This document shows, piece by piece, positions 35,209 through 47,776 of a DNA stretch of 64,000 bases. The DNA lies in NCBI GenBank assembly GCA_026025075.1, contig JAPEUI010000090.1, forward strand, positions 1 through 64,000. Reading direction: 5' to 3'. Made by a program: the position numbers and the translations under genes. The DNA comes from Vezdaea acicularis (Eukaryota). The stretch's first letter is position 1; every line of letters begins with the position of its first letter. A model generated the notes under the pieces. The model did no database searches, was not told the origin of the DNA, and saw only the letters and a program-made list of their open reading frames with translations.

Positions 35209-36899
35209 GCAGCAGCAGCAACAAGCCCAACACCAGCAACAGCACCAACAGCAAGCGGCTCAACAACAACAGCAGCAGCAGCAGGCTCTAGTAGCTCAGC
35301 AACTTGCTGCTCAGCAAGCAAATCCCGGTCCCCAAGGAAATAGTCAAGGCCAGCAGGGTCAGCAAACACCAGCCTTTTCCCAGCAACAAATACCGACTGC
35401 TCAAGCGATAGCTGCCGCTCAACAACAGCAACAACAGCAGCAGGCCCACCAGCAGCAAGCAGCCCAACAACATCAACAAGCCCAACAGCATCAGCAACAG
35501 CAAGCGAACGCGGTGGCAATGATGCAACCGTCGAGGCCTCCAAATCTCGCTAGGGGTAACTGTATCCTGCAGCTTCTTCAGTTTAATAACCTTTTACAGC
35601 AGGCAGTTGTGAGTCAAGAACTATAGCTTCTGAAGGTGTATAGCTACTGATTTGCCTCTAGCTGCACCAGCGTGAAAAACAGATGGAATATTGGCAAGCT
35701 TTCGTCCAAAAGTTCTTCTCTGAGTCAGGGATTCTTCGGCAGACAGTACACTCGGCGGAGTATGATGATAAGACGTGGTTGATATCGTATCCAGCGCTAC
35801 CACGATACTATTGTACCCATTTTGAGAGTGGGGTGATCAGTCTACAAGTTCTCATTGGACATGCCCAGGAAAAAGAGCTCCCTAACAACTGCCACGTTGT
35901 CGAATGCCAGCGGACCACCTTCATGTACTGGTATGACAATGGCAATGTTGTAAGTACAGTGGCTTGAATCAAAATTACGAAGCTAATCCTTTATAGGTCA
36001 CTGCGTTGGGAACCCTACTAGTTCAGTTTGATCAAGACATGAAGATAAACATAATGAACTTCGCCACTCAAGAACATCAAGAGTTCATTCCGAAGACCAA
36101 GATCGAAGAGCTTTTTGCGTCTAAGGAATCGTCCGAGCAGAAACTTTCCCCCAAACAAACGAAATCCGGCAAGCAAAAAGCAGTCGCTCGCCAACAGGCC
36201 CAGCAACCCGCACTGGCGCTTCCTCCTTCGAAAGTTAACGAATACGGCGTTCCCCGTCCGGTCCATCAATTTTTTGAGGTACGCCCTTACCCCGTCCTGT
36301 CCCCCCCTACCCTGCCCTTGGTTCAATACTGACTCTCCCATAAGCTCAATGACACTATCTCCCGTATGGACGAACTTTTTCAATACTCCCAACAACACCC
36401 CGATCTCACCCCCGAACAAGCCCTCCACCAGCTCGTCATAACCTACCAACAAAACTCCGCAAACCCGATGGGCGTAAGTGGTGGCAATGGTAGCGGCATG
36501 CCCATGGGCTTCCCCGCCGGTCTCAACCCCTCACAAAATCCTGGCATAGGCCCTTCCGGCGGCGGCGTCCGCACTCCTTCCGGCATGGGCGCTGGCCAGT
36601 TCGCCTCGCCGCAAGCTGGCGCGCACCTCAATCTGCCTGGTAGCCCGCACATCAGCTTGGGCGCGCAGCATACGTCCAGTCCGGCACAGAATCACATCTC
36701 AGCGCCGGGGCTAGGCGTGCAGGGACAGGGAGCCGGCAGCCAGGGCACGAGTGCAACCACTAGCCCGAACCAGACGAACAAACGGCGGAGGGCTAGCATG
36801 GCCAAAGATGCTGAGGACGGGGAGCAAGTTAACGGGACAGGCAATGCAAAAGTGAAACAGAATTCTAGGGTTGGTGGGAAGAGGCAAAAAGCTGGGTAA
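34046..36899 (+). CDS. ptaB: LIM-domain-binding (LDB/SEUSS-like) transcriptional co-regulator, PtaB/Mfg1/Adn1 type (5 exons; first intron 34371-34760)
   Basis: Poly-Q N-terminus; EYWQAFVQKFFSESGILR, PALPRYYCTHFESGV, VNEYGVP, MDELFQYSQQHP; C-terminal TSPNQTNKRRRAS. Confidence 0.85.
35003..35503 (+). repeat. CAG/CAA poly-glutamine tracts inside the PtaB-like CDS
   Basis: Long mixed CAG/CAA runs, including more than 20 consecutive Gln codons at ~35152-35224. Confidence 0.95.
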
Positions 36900-37779
36900 T
36901 CAGCATATACTGGGGCTGGGGTTGGGCTGCACAAGGAAGGGGGGGAAGTTGCATAATAGGTTGGTGGTGGTATAAATCCTCTCAACGGTTCAGCGACGGC
37001 GTTCTGTCATCATCAAGATCATCGACCATTTGTCTTGTCACGAAATCTCTCCTTATCTCCCTGGTTCGGTCTTGTTTTTTCCTGGGCGCGAAATTTCCTG
37101 CTGTCGCGACTTTTTCGTCATCCATATCGCTGCAATTGGCGGCTGCGCATCTTCACGCATTACCCCTGGCCGCTTTCATACCTCCTCCGTATTTTCCTCA
37201 GCGTTTGTCTACAGTATCGCTGTATCATAGAGCTCTTCACGCTTCCTATTTCCACCAATCTTCCCTTCTTCCGCTCCTCTTTTTTTTCTCTCTTCTTCGG
37301 TTCTTATCTTTGGGGGTTCTTTTTATAGGGTGGCTCGGCTTTTGGGTACTGGCTAGGACAGATGTTCAGGCTGGAGGATTTTGGCTGGGTTGGGTACGGC
37401 TGGATGCTCGTGCCTTTCCTCTAAAGTGCGCGTGGCTTTGCATCATAGATGTTGCTAGGGCTGAGAATGCATATACTCCATCTGCTTGTTGTCCTGTTAT
37501 TGTGCCTGTGAGACGGGTGAATTAAGAGTTGAGTAAGCGGAAATGGACATAAACAAGTGCTTCTGCCGGAGAAAGGGTTGTTTCCCGCATTTTCCACCCC
37601 AGAGCTTGAGTTTTTGGGACATATTGTGAGCTTAGACAGGGAGGAGGGTGGGTAGGTCTGCTTTCAGAGGGTTTGAGAGGATAGTAAGCTTCTAAATACT
37701 AGAACAGGATTGTATTTACATGTGCGGGCTGCAGCTTGTCCTTCCCCTTCCCAATCCTAAACTAACCCCATATCATATA

Positions 37780-38577
37780 CTATATAAATACAGGCTCCCT
37801 TTTGTCCTTCTGCCCTTTTTCCTTCTCTTTGTCCTCTTCGGCAATATCTTCCCATACCTCCTCTTTATCACTCTTAGCAGCAGCCTCCTCGCTCTCAACA
37901 ACTCTCTCACTCTCCTCCAACATCTCGTCATACTGCTGAACCACACTTTCTGATCCCTCACCCGCCCCTGACATCTCGTCATACTGCTGAATCATGCTCC
38001 TCAGCCTCTCATCCACCTCCCGCGGCACAACCGTAATCTTCGGCTGCGTCATCTCCTGAACCCCAATAGCCCTCCTCTCCTCCTGCATTCTCTCCCTGCC
38101 CTTCGGCGAGCGCAGTACCCTCCACCTAAGTGCCCAGCCACCCCATCCCATCTCCTTAATCCTCGCCTTACTGCCACCAAGCAGATACTCATCCAGCCCT
38201 CCACATTTATCGATCGTCCTCAGTGCCCTGGCCGTGACTCGTATGCGCACGAAGCGGCCCAGTCCTTCGCTCCAGAGGCGCTTGTTGTGCACGTTCGGGT
38301 GCCATTTTCGGCGTGTCTTTATCTTCGTCCGCTCGGATACTATGTTGCCGAATTGGATGTGCGTCCCGCCATATAGGCCGAAGTTCGATTGCGTGTACGT
38401 GTGCTGAGGAGGGTAGGGGTAGGGTGGGATGGTCGCGTGGAGGGCAGAGAGACGTTTGAGAAGGGTTTTTTGGTTGGGGTGCATGCTTTGGGAGAAGGGC
38501 CGGTGAGGAGTGAGGTGGTAGACCTGGGGGAGGCGCTTGGGCCAAAGTGGGAGGAGGGTTTGGGCGCGGAACGCCAT
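37780..38577 (-). CDS. MRPL24: Mitochondrial ribosomal protein bL28m
   Basis: QSNFGLYGG, QFGNIVSE, KTRRKWHPNV, LRTIDKCGGLDEYLL; presequence-like N-terminus. Confidence 0.92.
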   Translation of the reverse strand: MAFRAQTLLPLWPKRLPQVYHLTPHRPFSQSMHPNQKTLLKRLSALHATIPPYPYPPQHTYTQSNFGLYGGTHIQFGNIVSERTKIKTRRKWHPNVHNKRLWSEGLGRFVRIRVTARALRTIDKCGGLDEYLLGGSKARIKEMGWGGWALRWRVLRSPKGRERMQEERRAIGVQEMTQPKITVVPREVDERLRSMIQQYDEMSGAGEGSESVVQQYDEMLEESERVVESEEAAAKSDKEEVWEDIAEEDKEKEKGQKDKREPVFI

Positions 38578-38872
38578 TGTGATGTTGAAGAATTGAAGTG
38601 ATTATCTAGGGTTCATTGTGCAGATGTTGGGTCTTGAGTTGACTCCGGATTGCCGTTAAGCGCGGTCTGGAGTGCTGTCGGCCATTGGTAGTGGGTGATA
38701 ATGATGGAAGGAGGTTGAGCAAGGATGTTCGAAAAATAGTTTCAAGTCGCTTGTAATGCTCCAGACTCTACATGCGAGTAAATTCATGGACAAGATGGCG
38801 TTAATCTACTGGGCAATATAATGAATGGATCATTTTCATACAGGATATCTCTTTTATTAGCAAAATTCCATT

Positions 38873-40037
38873 ATGCATCCCCCAATTGAAGCTTCTGTTC
38901 TGCGGAACAATCCTCAATTCGAGCAACTACATCGGCAGCTCACAAGCTCACTCCTAAACCCGGATGGTTCTACCAAAACGAAGGGTTCGCAGAAGGCGCA
39001 GGATGCATTTAAACAAGTATGGGGCTGAACAGACATGCAAATCATCATAGAAGCTGACGAGACCGGACAGTAGGAACTTAGAGTAGTCCGCGAGCAGCAT
39101 GCAAGAGCGCAAACCTTAAGACTCTCATTAGGTCACATTACAGCAAGGGCAAAGGAGATCCCGGTTGAGGTCTGCAGAGCTATTGCACTTTGACATGGTC
39201 TTGGCTAATATCGCTGGGAGCAGCTGCTAGAAGTCATTGATATTGTCGCCGCGCAATTGAGTGCTAGATTGACGGCGGAAGATAGGGAGCTTCTGCAGGA
39301 TGATGTGGATTATTTGATGGTGCATCTGGACAGAATACCCAGAAAGTGTAGCGTCAGTCAATTGACAAAGTTGCAGGACCATTTACGGCCGATTGGACAG
39401 CTTCTCTCATCATATTTGTCAGACATAGTCTCCACACTTACGCAGGTGGCATATCCAATTGAAGCAAAGTCGCCGTCAACTAGCACGTTGAGCGGCAAGC
39501 TTTCTCAGGAGGCACGGTCTCGTCGAGAAAAAATCCTAGAGACGCAAGAAAACCTCGCTACAGCACGTCTCCGTATGGCCGCGACCGCTAATGTGCTGCT
39601 GGCAACGCATACAGAAGTTCTCGAGAGGATCATTCGTATCCTTGAGCAGACCAAGCATGGAAGTCTTTCTCGGGGCTTGAAAGCCCATGCGGAACATCTT
39701 GCCATAGTAGCAGAGAATATGGAAGCAAAGCTACGGTATTGTGTTACTGTATCCTAGAGATAAACTAACTAAAGCTGACGAACATAGCATCATACATCAA
39801 GAAGCTCTAGCAGAAGTCTATTCACCTGACGCGCAGTCCGCCTTGGAGAATTATGACGAACATCTTCGGGATGCAGAAGTACGCCTAAAGCAAAGAGAAA
39901 AGGCTGCCCAGGAAGAATTAGCACGCTATGAAAGTGCAGGGCCAGATATGAGGGAGATCGTTTCAAGGTATGCTGGTATCATGAAGGAACTTGACACAGT
40001 GAGAATAGACATAAAGCGGCTAGGAGGTAACGAATGA
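38873..40037 (+). CDS. Probable augmin (HAUS) subunit 4 homolog (4 exons; introns 39017-39073, 39170-39223, ~39735-39787)
   Basis: Spliced N-terminus MHPPIEASVLRNNPQFEQLHRQLTSSLLNPDGST resembles the HAUS4 'PP..L..NP.F..LL' start; C-terminal VYSPDAQSALENYDEHL coiled coil ending DIKRL. Confidence 0.65.
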
Positions 40038-41778
40038 AAGGTATATGGCCACACCGTTTGCCAGTCGTTGCATCTCTGATTCGCCACGGTCGTGCTTCCT
40101 GTGTCCTCAAAACCCATGGAGCCTGGTTCAAATTTAAGAATGCTTTTGGGCGGAAAAGACCCAATTACGAGCTACCGGTATGCCTAACAATCTGAATTAG
40201 CCTGTGAGAGTCGTTTGGCGATGTCTACACGATGCTATGTAAAAGAATGAAGCGGTATATGAAGTGCAAGCTGCGGCCGACAAAGGATCAGAGGAAAATG
40301 TAAGGCCGAAGATTGGTCGCTCGATCAATTGCCATTCTGGAGATACTGCCACTTTCAATGCCTCGCATGAAGGCCAAGCACGCGTCCTAGCCCAGTATTC
40401 AAGAAGAAAGTCGAAAACAGCCGCGATTGACAGACGAACATTAAACAGCATGGCGACTGTTTGTAAGATTTAAGAATAAGAGTCACCGCTTCCCTTCTTA
40501 TCATCTTGCCAGATGGCTACCTTTGGGGTAATATATTCCTGTTCATTGCTCTATCTCACAGCCTGCCGCCAGGTCCGCCAACCCCTGAAGCATATCAATT
40601 TGGAGCGAGCTTAGAACATAAATTTCAGCTCGATCCCTAGGGGGAAATGAGATACTGATTGAGGGAAGTTATATTGCCGGTTGACAAAACTCTGCCACTA
40701 CCTTGTTATTCAGCCTGTCTAAGCGTATGTTTAGGGGGGGAAGCGCTCTCAGTTCTCATACGTCCGACAGCTAAAGAAAACTTAACAGAACATATTTTTG
40801 CCCGATGTCGACGTAATCAAGAACTTCCATACAAACGAAAGCAGCCAGACAGATACCTTACGACGTATGGGCCTTTTGCTGTTCTCCAGACGCTACCCAT
40901 GGAGACTGTAAAGGGAGATTGTCTTGTATATTCTCCCTCGGTAATGTTTATGTAAAAATAGTGACTGTGGCCTCCTTAGTACAAAGCCAATCTAACTGTG
41001 CTTGGAAACGGAATGACAAGATTGGCAATGATATGCTAGCCTATTGCAATATCTTGCGATGGGAGGCGTTCCCAAGAAGATAATAGGTCTACAAAGTCAT
41101 TTCATCGCCCATTTCCAAGACACTGCCATTGGCAATTCTTATATGGGCAAGTGACTACTACCTGGGTTTAATAGTTTGTACAGGTTCTGTCTCAATTGAA
41201 ATTGCTATTGGACTTGGGGAGTCCTGGTGGGCAGACACGCCATCTGAATATCGCGTACCATGCTCGGGAATTTTGGATCTGCTGAAGCTCAAACAGGTCC
41301 ACTTGATTTTTACTAATGATACAGCGAATCTTCAGTGATCGGTGTAGAAACAAAAAAACACTTTTAGAGTTCTGTTGTTATCTAGAGAAGGTCTTAAGAT
41401 GCAACCCCCTTGTAGTGATGACAAACGTTGAGCGGCTAGCGTGAATTCACATTAAGATAGGCGAAGATATTTCGCTACAAATCGAAGACCAACATTCATC
41501 CTGTTCCAAAGAGATATTGCAGATACCACACGGAGCCAAGTATCTGTAAATTCCTCATTGGCGTCAGACATTGGCTCAGAATATCGAGATATAGTACTGC
41601 CATTCAGGCGCCGCACATGACGGCACTTTCCTTTCCGTTTTTTGCTTTAGTCGACTTTGGAGACGGGTCTAACAACATAATTCGTTCCACAAAACGTCCA
41701 AGTCAAAAGATTTAAGTTTCAATCCCTTTAAGTGCAGCCTCTCTGGACTGAACAGATCGTTTCGCAATTTCGGAAAGT

Positions 41779-43554
41779 ATGGAGCAAGTCGAGACGCGAT
41801 CTAGCCAAGCCTCTGGATCCTCAAGTGATCCTACATCTTCCTTCACAAAAGTTATCTATAGACTATATATCTCTCACTTTTTGTCAGCCTGGAACTCTCG
41901 AACTTTCGAGTTTGGTGCAATTCTGTACCTTGCATCCGCCTTTCCAGAAACTTTACTATATGCATCTTTATATGCTTGCATTAGATCCCTTGCAGCATTT
42001 CTTTTTTCTTCATGGATTGGAGCCCTGGTCGATCGTTCCAATAGGTTAAGGGCTATACGCTACTCAATAGGTACAGCCTCTAATCTCAAGGTATGGGTCG
42101 AGTAGGCATAGAACCACTAACGACGAATGAAGTTTGGCAGAGACTCCCAGTCGCTCTTTCATGCATTGCGTTTTTAGCATTGGAAAGATTCAAGGACTCG
42201 CAGCCCACGGCTGGGCTCCTTTTTGTTGCAGTAGTGGCCTTGTCATGCCCCGAGAAGCTGGCATCAATCGCAAATACAGTAGCAATTGAACGGGATTGGG
42301 TGCGTTTTAATCTAGACCTTGCTTGATAATCCAATTCTAGACGGGGTAACAGTCAATATTGATAGCGAGGAATCTTAGGTTGTTACGATCACTCTAGACA
42401 ATGATGGCCAAAGGCAAAGCAAGTAGCGATTGCCTCGCAGGAGCTAAGCTAACATGTTGAGTTACAGCATTGAATGCCGCCATGCGGAGGATAGATCTCT
42501 GCTGCAAATTACTAGCACCTTTCTTTGTATCTTTTCTGCGTATGATCTCGACGGAAGTCGCTTTGTGGGCCCTCTTATGCCTGAATTGCTCATCCGTACT
42601 CATTGAGTACTTTGCTATCGCCCAGGTCTGAAGACCTCCCTCCTTCATACTTCAATGAAACTGAGCCCTTTAGGTTTACTACACTTTTCCGGAACTATCT
42701 CAAAAGCTGGATTTAAGGGAGTCCGTAACCTTTGAAGAAGAAGAATCGTTGTACCGAACGATTACCGAAGACTCGACGTCTCAAGAAATTGGTGATTTTA
42801 ATGGGAGCATGCCGCAAGTCCAAAAGTTTATCTTGCCATGGAGAGACTACTTTACCAGCTCCGTTTTCCTGCCTTCTTTGGCGCTTAGCATGTTGTATTT
42901 CACAGTCCTTTCGTTCGGAGCACAAATGATAACTTATCTACTTGCTACGGGCTTCTCCGAAGTCCAGATAAGTAGCATGAGAGTGTTATCAGTAATTTTC
43001 GAATTAGCAGCAACCTGGATTGCACCAATGCTTATGGCACGTATGGGCGCTGTACGATCAGGCCTGTGGTTTATCAATTGGCAACTCACTTGGGTCGCGG
43101 CTTCTATGGTTGTCTTCACTATACTGAACACAGATCCACGATTTGCCGCCCTAGGTCTCGTTGTAGGAGTAATACTGAGTCGTATGGGCCTTTGGGGGTT
43201 TGACTTATGTGTGCAATATATTATTCAGGAGGTAAGCTTGCTTCCCGTGCTTGAGAAGAGCGACCTTTTAATTTCCGCTTCGCATAGGGCATTCCTTCGA
43301 ACAATCGAGGGAGATATTCTTCAATGGAAGCAGCGCTCCAAAATCTCTTCGAACTACTCTCTTTTGCAACTACCATGGTATTTGCACGACCTGAACAGTT
43401 CAGGTATCCTGTTCTCGCGAGTGCTGGAGCCATCATGATTTCGAGCTTCTGCTTTACACTATTCGTGAAGAAGAACAGAGGGCACCTGCTCCATCAATCG
43501 AAATGTCTCACAAGAGAGAAATACGATCCGTTATCCCAAGCTGATTCGACCTGA
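41779..43554 (+). CDS. Ferroportin (SLC40/FPN1/IREG)-like metal exporter (6 exons, one GC-AG intron 42419-42467)
   Basis: LYISHFLSAWNSRTFEFG, ANTVAIERDWVV, LNAAMRRIDLCCKLLAP, LYFTVLSFG, SRMGLWGFDL. Confidence 0.9.
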
Positions 43555-44041
43555 AGGAAATACATTCTCGTCCCGAAGTGCGTGATATGAATGATATCAT
43601 CTCTTCCGAGAGTCGAGAGACCATCAGAGCAGTATGGCCTGCCGTTTCATGCCGTACCTTTGGTACTAGCGAACACGGATCGATCCTTTAATGCATGGTC
43701 CCGCACCCTTCCATTTCAGGAAAATAAGGTTGCTCAATTTCCACTTAAGGGATGGATCGAATGTCGGCTTTGTGGGGCGGCGCCCAGCAGCAATACGTCA
43801 TGGTCGCGCTAAACTTATGTCGCGTCTTGCCAGGTTTGAGTTCTGCACCCTTGCAAAATTATAGCTCCCTGGACACAACAGATGACGTTTGGTTTCCATA
43901 GCTCATCTAGTAATTTCTTAATCCCTTCAATTGAGCAGCTTCACAACCATCTCATTGAGTCAACCCGTTTTCAATGCTGCATCTTGCCAAACTGATCTCG
44001 AACTCTGGATTGACGTTGCTCGCTTAACTCAAGCCCGGATA

Positions 44042-47000
44042 ATGTCCAACCAGGATCAGAAAGTAGGGCCTGGGGGCCACTACTCTGGCAAAAACCGTAT
44101 TCCGAACATCAAGCAGTTTGTTGAGAGCTTGGATAGAGATAAAGCCGAGAGGGACAAACAAATCAGAGAACGGGAAAAAGCGAAAGAGGGCGATGGAATC
44201 AAACCTCATGTGTCCGAGACCAAAGGGGAAGCGGGCACTCAAAAAACCGTTACTGACCCGACAACAGGAAATGAGGTTGTCATTGAGAATGTTAACGAGG
44301 ATTTTATGAAAGCTGTTGAGAACCCTCAAATCACGGTGCCCAATGCAAACCTCGGCCAGCCTACGGTGAGTATCTCACGACAGTTTCTTTGAGTGACTAG
44401 TACTGACCGCTTAGACTGTCAAAACAGATGCTAGTCAATCAGAGGGAGAGTATAAACGGAATCAGGATATCACAGCTCCGCCAGACCCTTTGGCACAGGG
44501 GAGCACTTCTGACGTCCCAATCCATGGGGAAAAGACCAATGTACTTTTCCACCCTACACCTACTGTGAGCTATGAACGCGAATTTGCGAGCTTGGAGAAA
44601 AGAGCAGGGTTCTTGGGTGCTGGTTCGCTCATTGCCATCATAGTTGTGGGGAAATTATTTGGGGGCTCTCTTTGGGGCCTCATTCCCACGGCAATCTGCG
44701 TTTCCTCTGGTATCTGGTTATGGATGAAGGATGTTGTTCAGGCTGGCGAAGCCGTCGAATGGGATGCAGAGAAGAAAAGGGGCGAGATCGCCACAGCTAA
44801 CCTGCTCCCAGAGTCAGTCGAATGGATGAATACGCTCTTAGGCATTGTCTGGGGCCTAATAAACCCCGACATGTTCATCGGGGTCGCGGACACCTTAGAG
44901 GACGTCATGCAGGCCTCTGTCCCTGGTGTGATTGAGAACGTACGAGTCGCTGAAATCAACCAAGGAAGCAACCCCATTCGTATTCTTAGTCTTCGAGCAT
45001 TACCAGACAGTCATGTGAAGGACCTCAAGAAAAGTATTCATGACGACCTCAAGGACAAGAAAGATCCCGAAGAGCTCGCTGCAGATGAGGAAGGCGGCGA
45101 TTACTATAACATCGAATGCTCCTTCGCATATCATGCTGCCCCTAGCGGTCGGGGCGTTTCTTCGAAAGCAAAGAATATGCACATGCAGTTGGTCTTCTAT
45201 CTTGGTGTCAAAGGACTCTTTGGTGTACCTCTACCTATCTGGGTTGAGCTCCAAGGCCTCGTTGGTACTGTCCGTTTGCGGCTACAAATGAGCCCGGAGC
45301 CTCCTTTCCTGAAGGCTGTCACCTTCACTCTGATGGGCGTACCCAAGGTCCAGGCTGGATGCGTGCCAATGATTGAAGCAGGCGTCAATCTTCTGAACCT
45401 ACCATTGATCTCCAACTTCGTCAACTACGCCATCGGAGCTGCAGCCAACGAATACGTGGCACCCAAGTCGATGACTCTTGACCTCAGCAAAATGCTTGAA
45501 GGTGATGATGTCCAGAAGGATGTTGATGCTCTCGGTGTCTTATGGATCAGGATACACAAAGCATCTGGGCTGAGCAAGCAAGACCGACGAGGCAGTAAGA
45601 ATGGCGGAAGTGACCCTTATATCACAATAAGCTTTTCCAAATACGGAAAGCCTATGTACTGCACGCGAGTCATCGAGGACGATCTCAACCCTATCTTTGA
45701 GGAGACCACCGCTATCCTCGTTACTCCAGACCTTATCAAGGCAGACGAGCAGCTATCTATCGAATTATGGGACAGCGACCGAAGTACAGCCGATGACGTG
45801 GTTGGAAAGATTGAGCTCTCCATGCAGAAGATGATCCAGCATCCGAGAAAGATGTATCCGCATGTGTCAAAACTTCAAGGCATGGAGGCTGGCAGCGAAA
45901 TGCCTGGTGAACTCCATTGGGAAGTTGGTTTTTTCGGAAAGCCTGCATTCCGGCCCGCACTCAAGACACACGGCAAGGATGTCAATCTCCCTGATAGTCT
46001 AAAGGACCACCCAGACTTGCAAGATGACAAAGGTAGCGTTGACAATGCAAACGAAGAAGCCGTAACCCACACGCCGCCTGATCCGCTGTGGCCTACTGGC
46101 GTTTGTAGCATTGTAGTCCATCAGATCGTCAATCTTGAGTTCGAAAACTTGAAGGGTACTGAAGGTAAAAGGAAGGGAAGAGAATTCGAACCCGCTAAGG
46201 AGTATGGAGAACTCAAACAAGAAGAAGGCGGAAAACTACCAAGTGCTTACTGCACCATCCTTTTCAACGACCAACTCGTATATCGGACACGGACAAAAGT
46301 CGTCAGTAGCAAGCCAATCTACAATGCTGGCACAGAAAGGTTTCTAAGGGATTGGAGATCTGCAATCATTACAGTCACTGTTCGAGATCAGCGTCAAAGA
46401 CAGCATGATCCTATTCTAGGCGTCATCCCCTTAAAGCTTTCTGATGTCTTGCAGAGTAGTTCTCAAGTCACGAGATGGTATCCTTTAGATGGTGGTATTG
46501 TAAGTCTCCTCTGCCAAACCTGGGATTGTAGAAACTTACGGGGAAGAAAAAAAAAGATTAAGAACTAACGAGTGGTTGGTAATAGGGCCATGGTCGCATT
46601 CGTATATCGCTTCTTTTCCGAAGTGTCGAAACGAAACTACCGCCAAACATGCTGGGGTGGGATGTCGGTACATTTGAGTTCACCTCTGACAAAATCCTAG
46701 CCCTCAACTACAGCAGCCACGCAAAACTGAAGTTACGTACGGGTGGTAGCTCCGGGCAAATTCCTCGAACCCAGGCGAGAAAACTTCCTGAAGGTGATGG
46801 TATATTCTGGGACGTTGAAAAGAAGGATGGCAAGAACAATATACGACTACCTGTCAAGTACCGGTACCGCTCTCCTGTTATATTCGAATTCCATGTCTCC
46901 GGAAAACGAGGCGCGGACGCGTACGCCATCATCTGGCTTCACCATCTCACCGATAACCATGAGGTTGATATCAACATTCCAATATGGAAGACCAAGAATG

Positions 47001-47776
47001 GTGCTAGGCTTACTCAGAACTACGTTACTGAGGAGAACCTTAAAGGTCAAGTCGGTCTTGAAGATATTGAAGAAGTCGGGCGTCTTCAGTTCCGTTGCCA
47101 ATTCAAGGCTGGCACAGATGAGGAGCATGCGAAGTACGTCACGGACAACGACTCTCGCGAAACACAAGAGACCTGGGAAGCATGTCGTGCTGAGGGAGTG
47201 CGTGATCGTAAGGTGACCAAAGAAATGCCGGCAGCTGTACAAGAACTACACGATCGCTCTCTAACACAAGGCCGCGATGTCCTCAGTAATGCCCCTGAGG
47301 AAGAAAAGAAGAAGTGGCTTGCAAAGGACGGTAAAGACTGGAGCGGTGCTTTCGGTGAGGACCCTGCAAAACTCGTCGATAGGCGCGGAAGCCAGCAAGC
47401 AAATGGGCAAGCCAATGGGCAAGCAAAGCACTCCCCTGAAAATCCAAGCGACGACGATAACGGGTCCGCTGACGAGGACGACTCCGACACGGCCTCTGAT
47501 AGTGATCTAGGGATTCAAGATGGCGAGACGCAGCAGGATACCTATGCCGATGGGCCTGCCAATGGCGACAAGAAATTAAATCCCGTCAGCAGCTTCAAGT
47601 CCTACAAGGAAAATGAGAAGGGCATGCATCGCAAGCATCGTGGCTTGATGCAGTGGAAACCAGTGCGTAACATAGCCTTCGCGAAGGATGAAACAAAGTT
47701 CGCGGTCAAGAAATTGAAGCACAAGATGACTGGTGGTCTGGGCGGACGAGAGCCGGATGTGGAAACAGAGGTTTAA
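44042..47776 (+). CDS. SMP + C2 domain membrane protein (tricalbin-like, Mug190 type; 3 exons)
   Basis: Hydrophobic hairpin, PESVEWMN (SMP start), C2 motifs SDPYITISF...DDLNPIFEE, LWDSDRSTADD, second C2 VRDQRQRQHDPILG. Confidence 0.85.

Noticed and set aside
34892..35543. Poly-Leu and poly-Ala/Val ORFs on the minus strand
   Set aside because: Antisense translations of the CAG/CAA poly-Q tract
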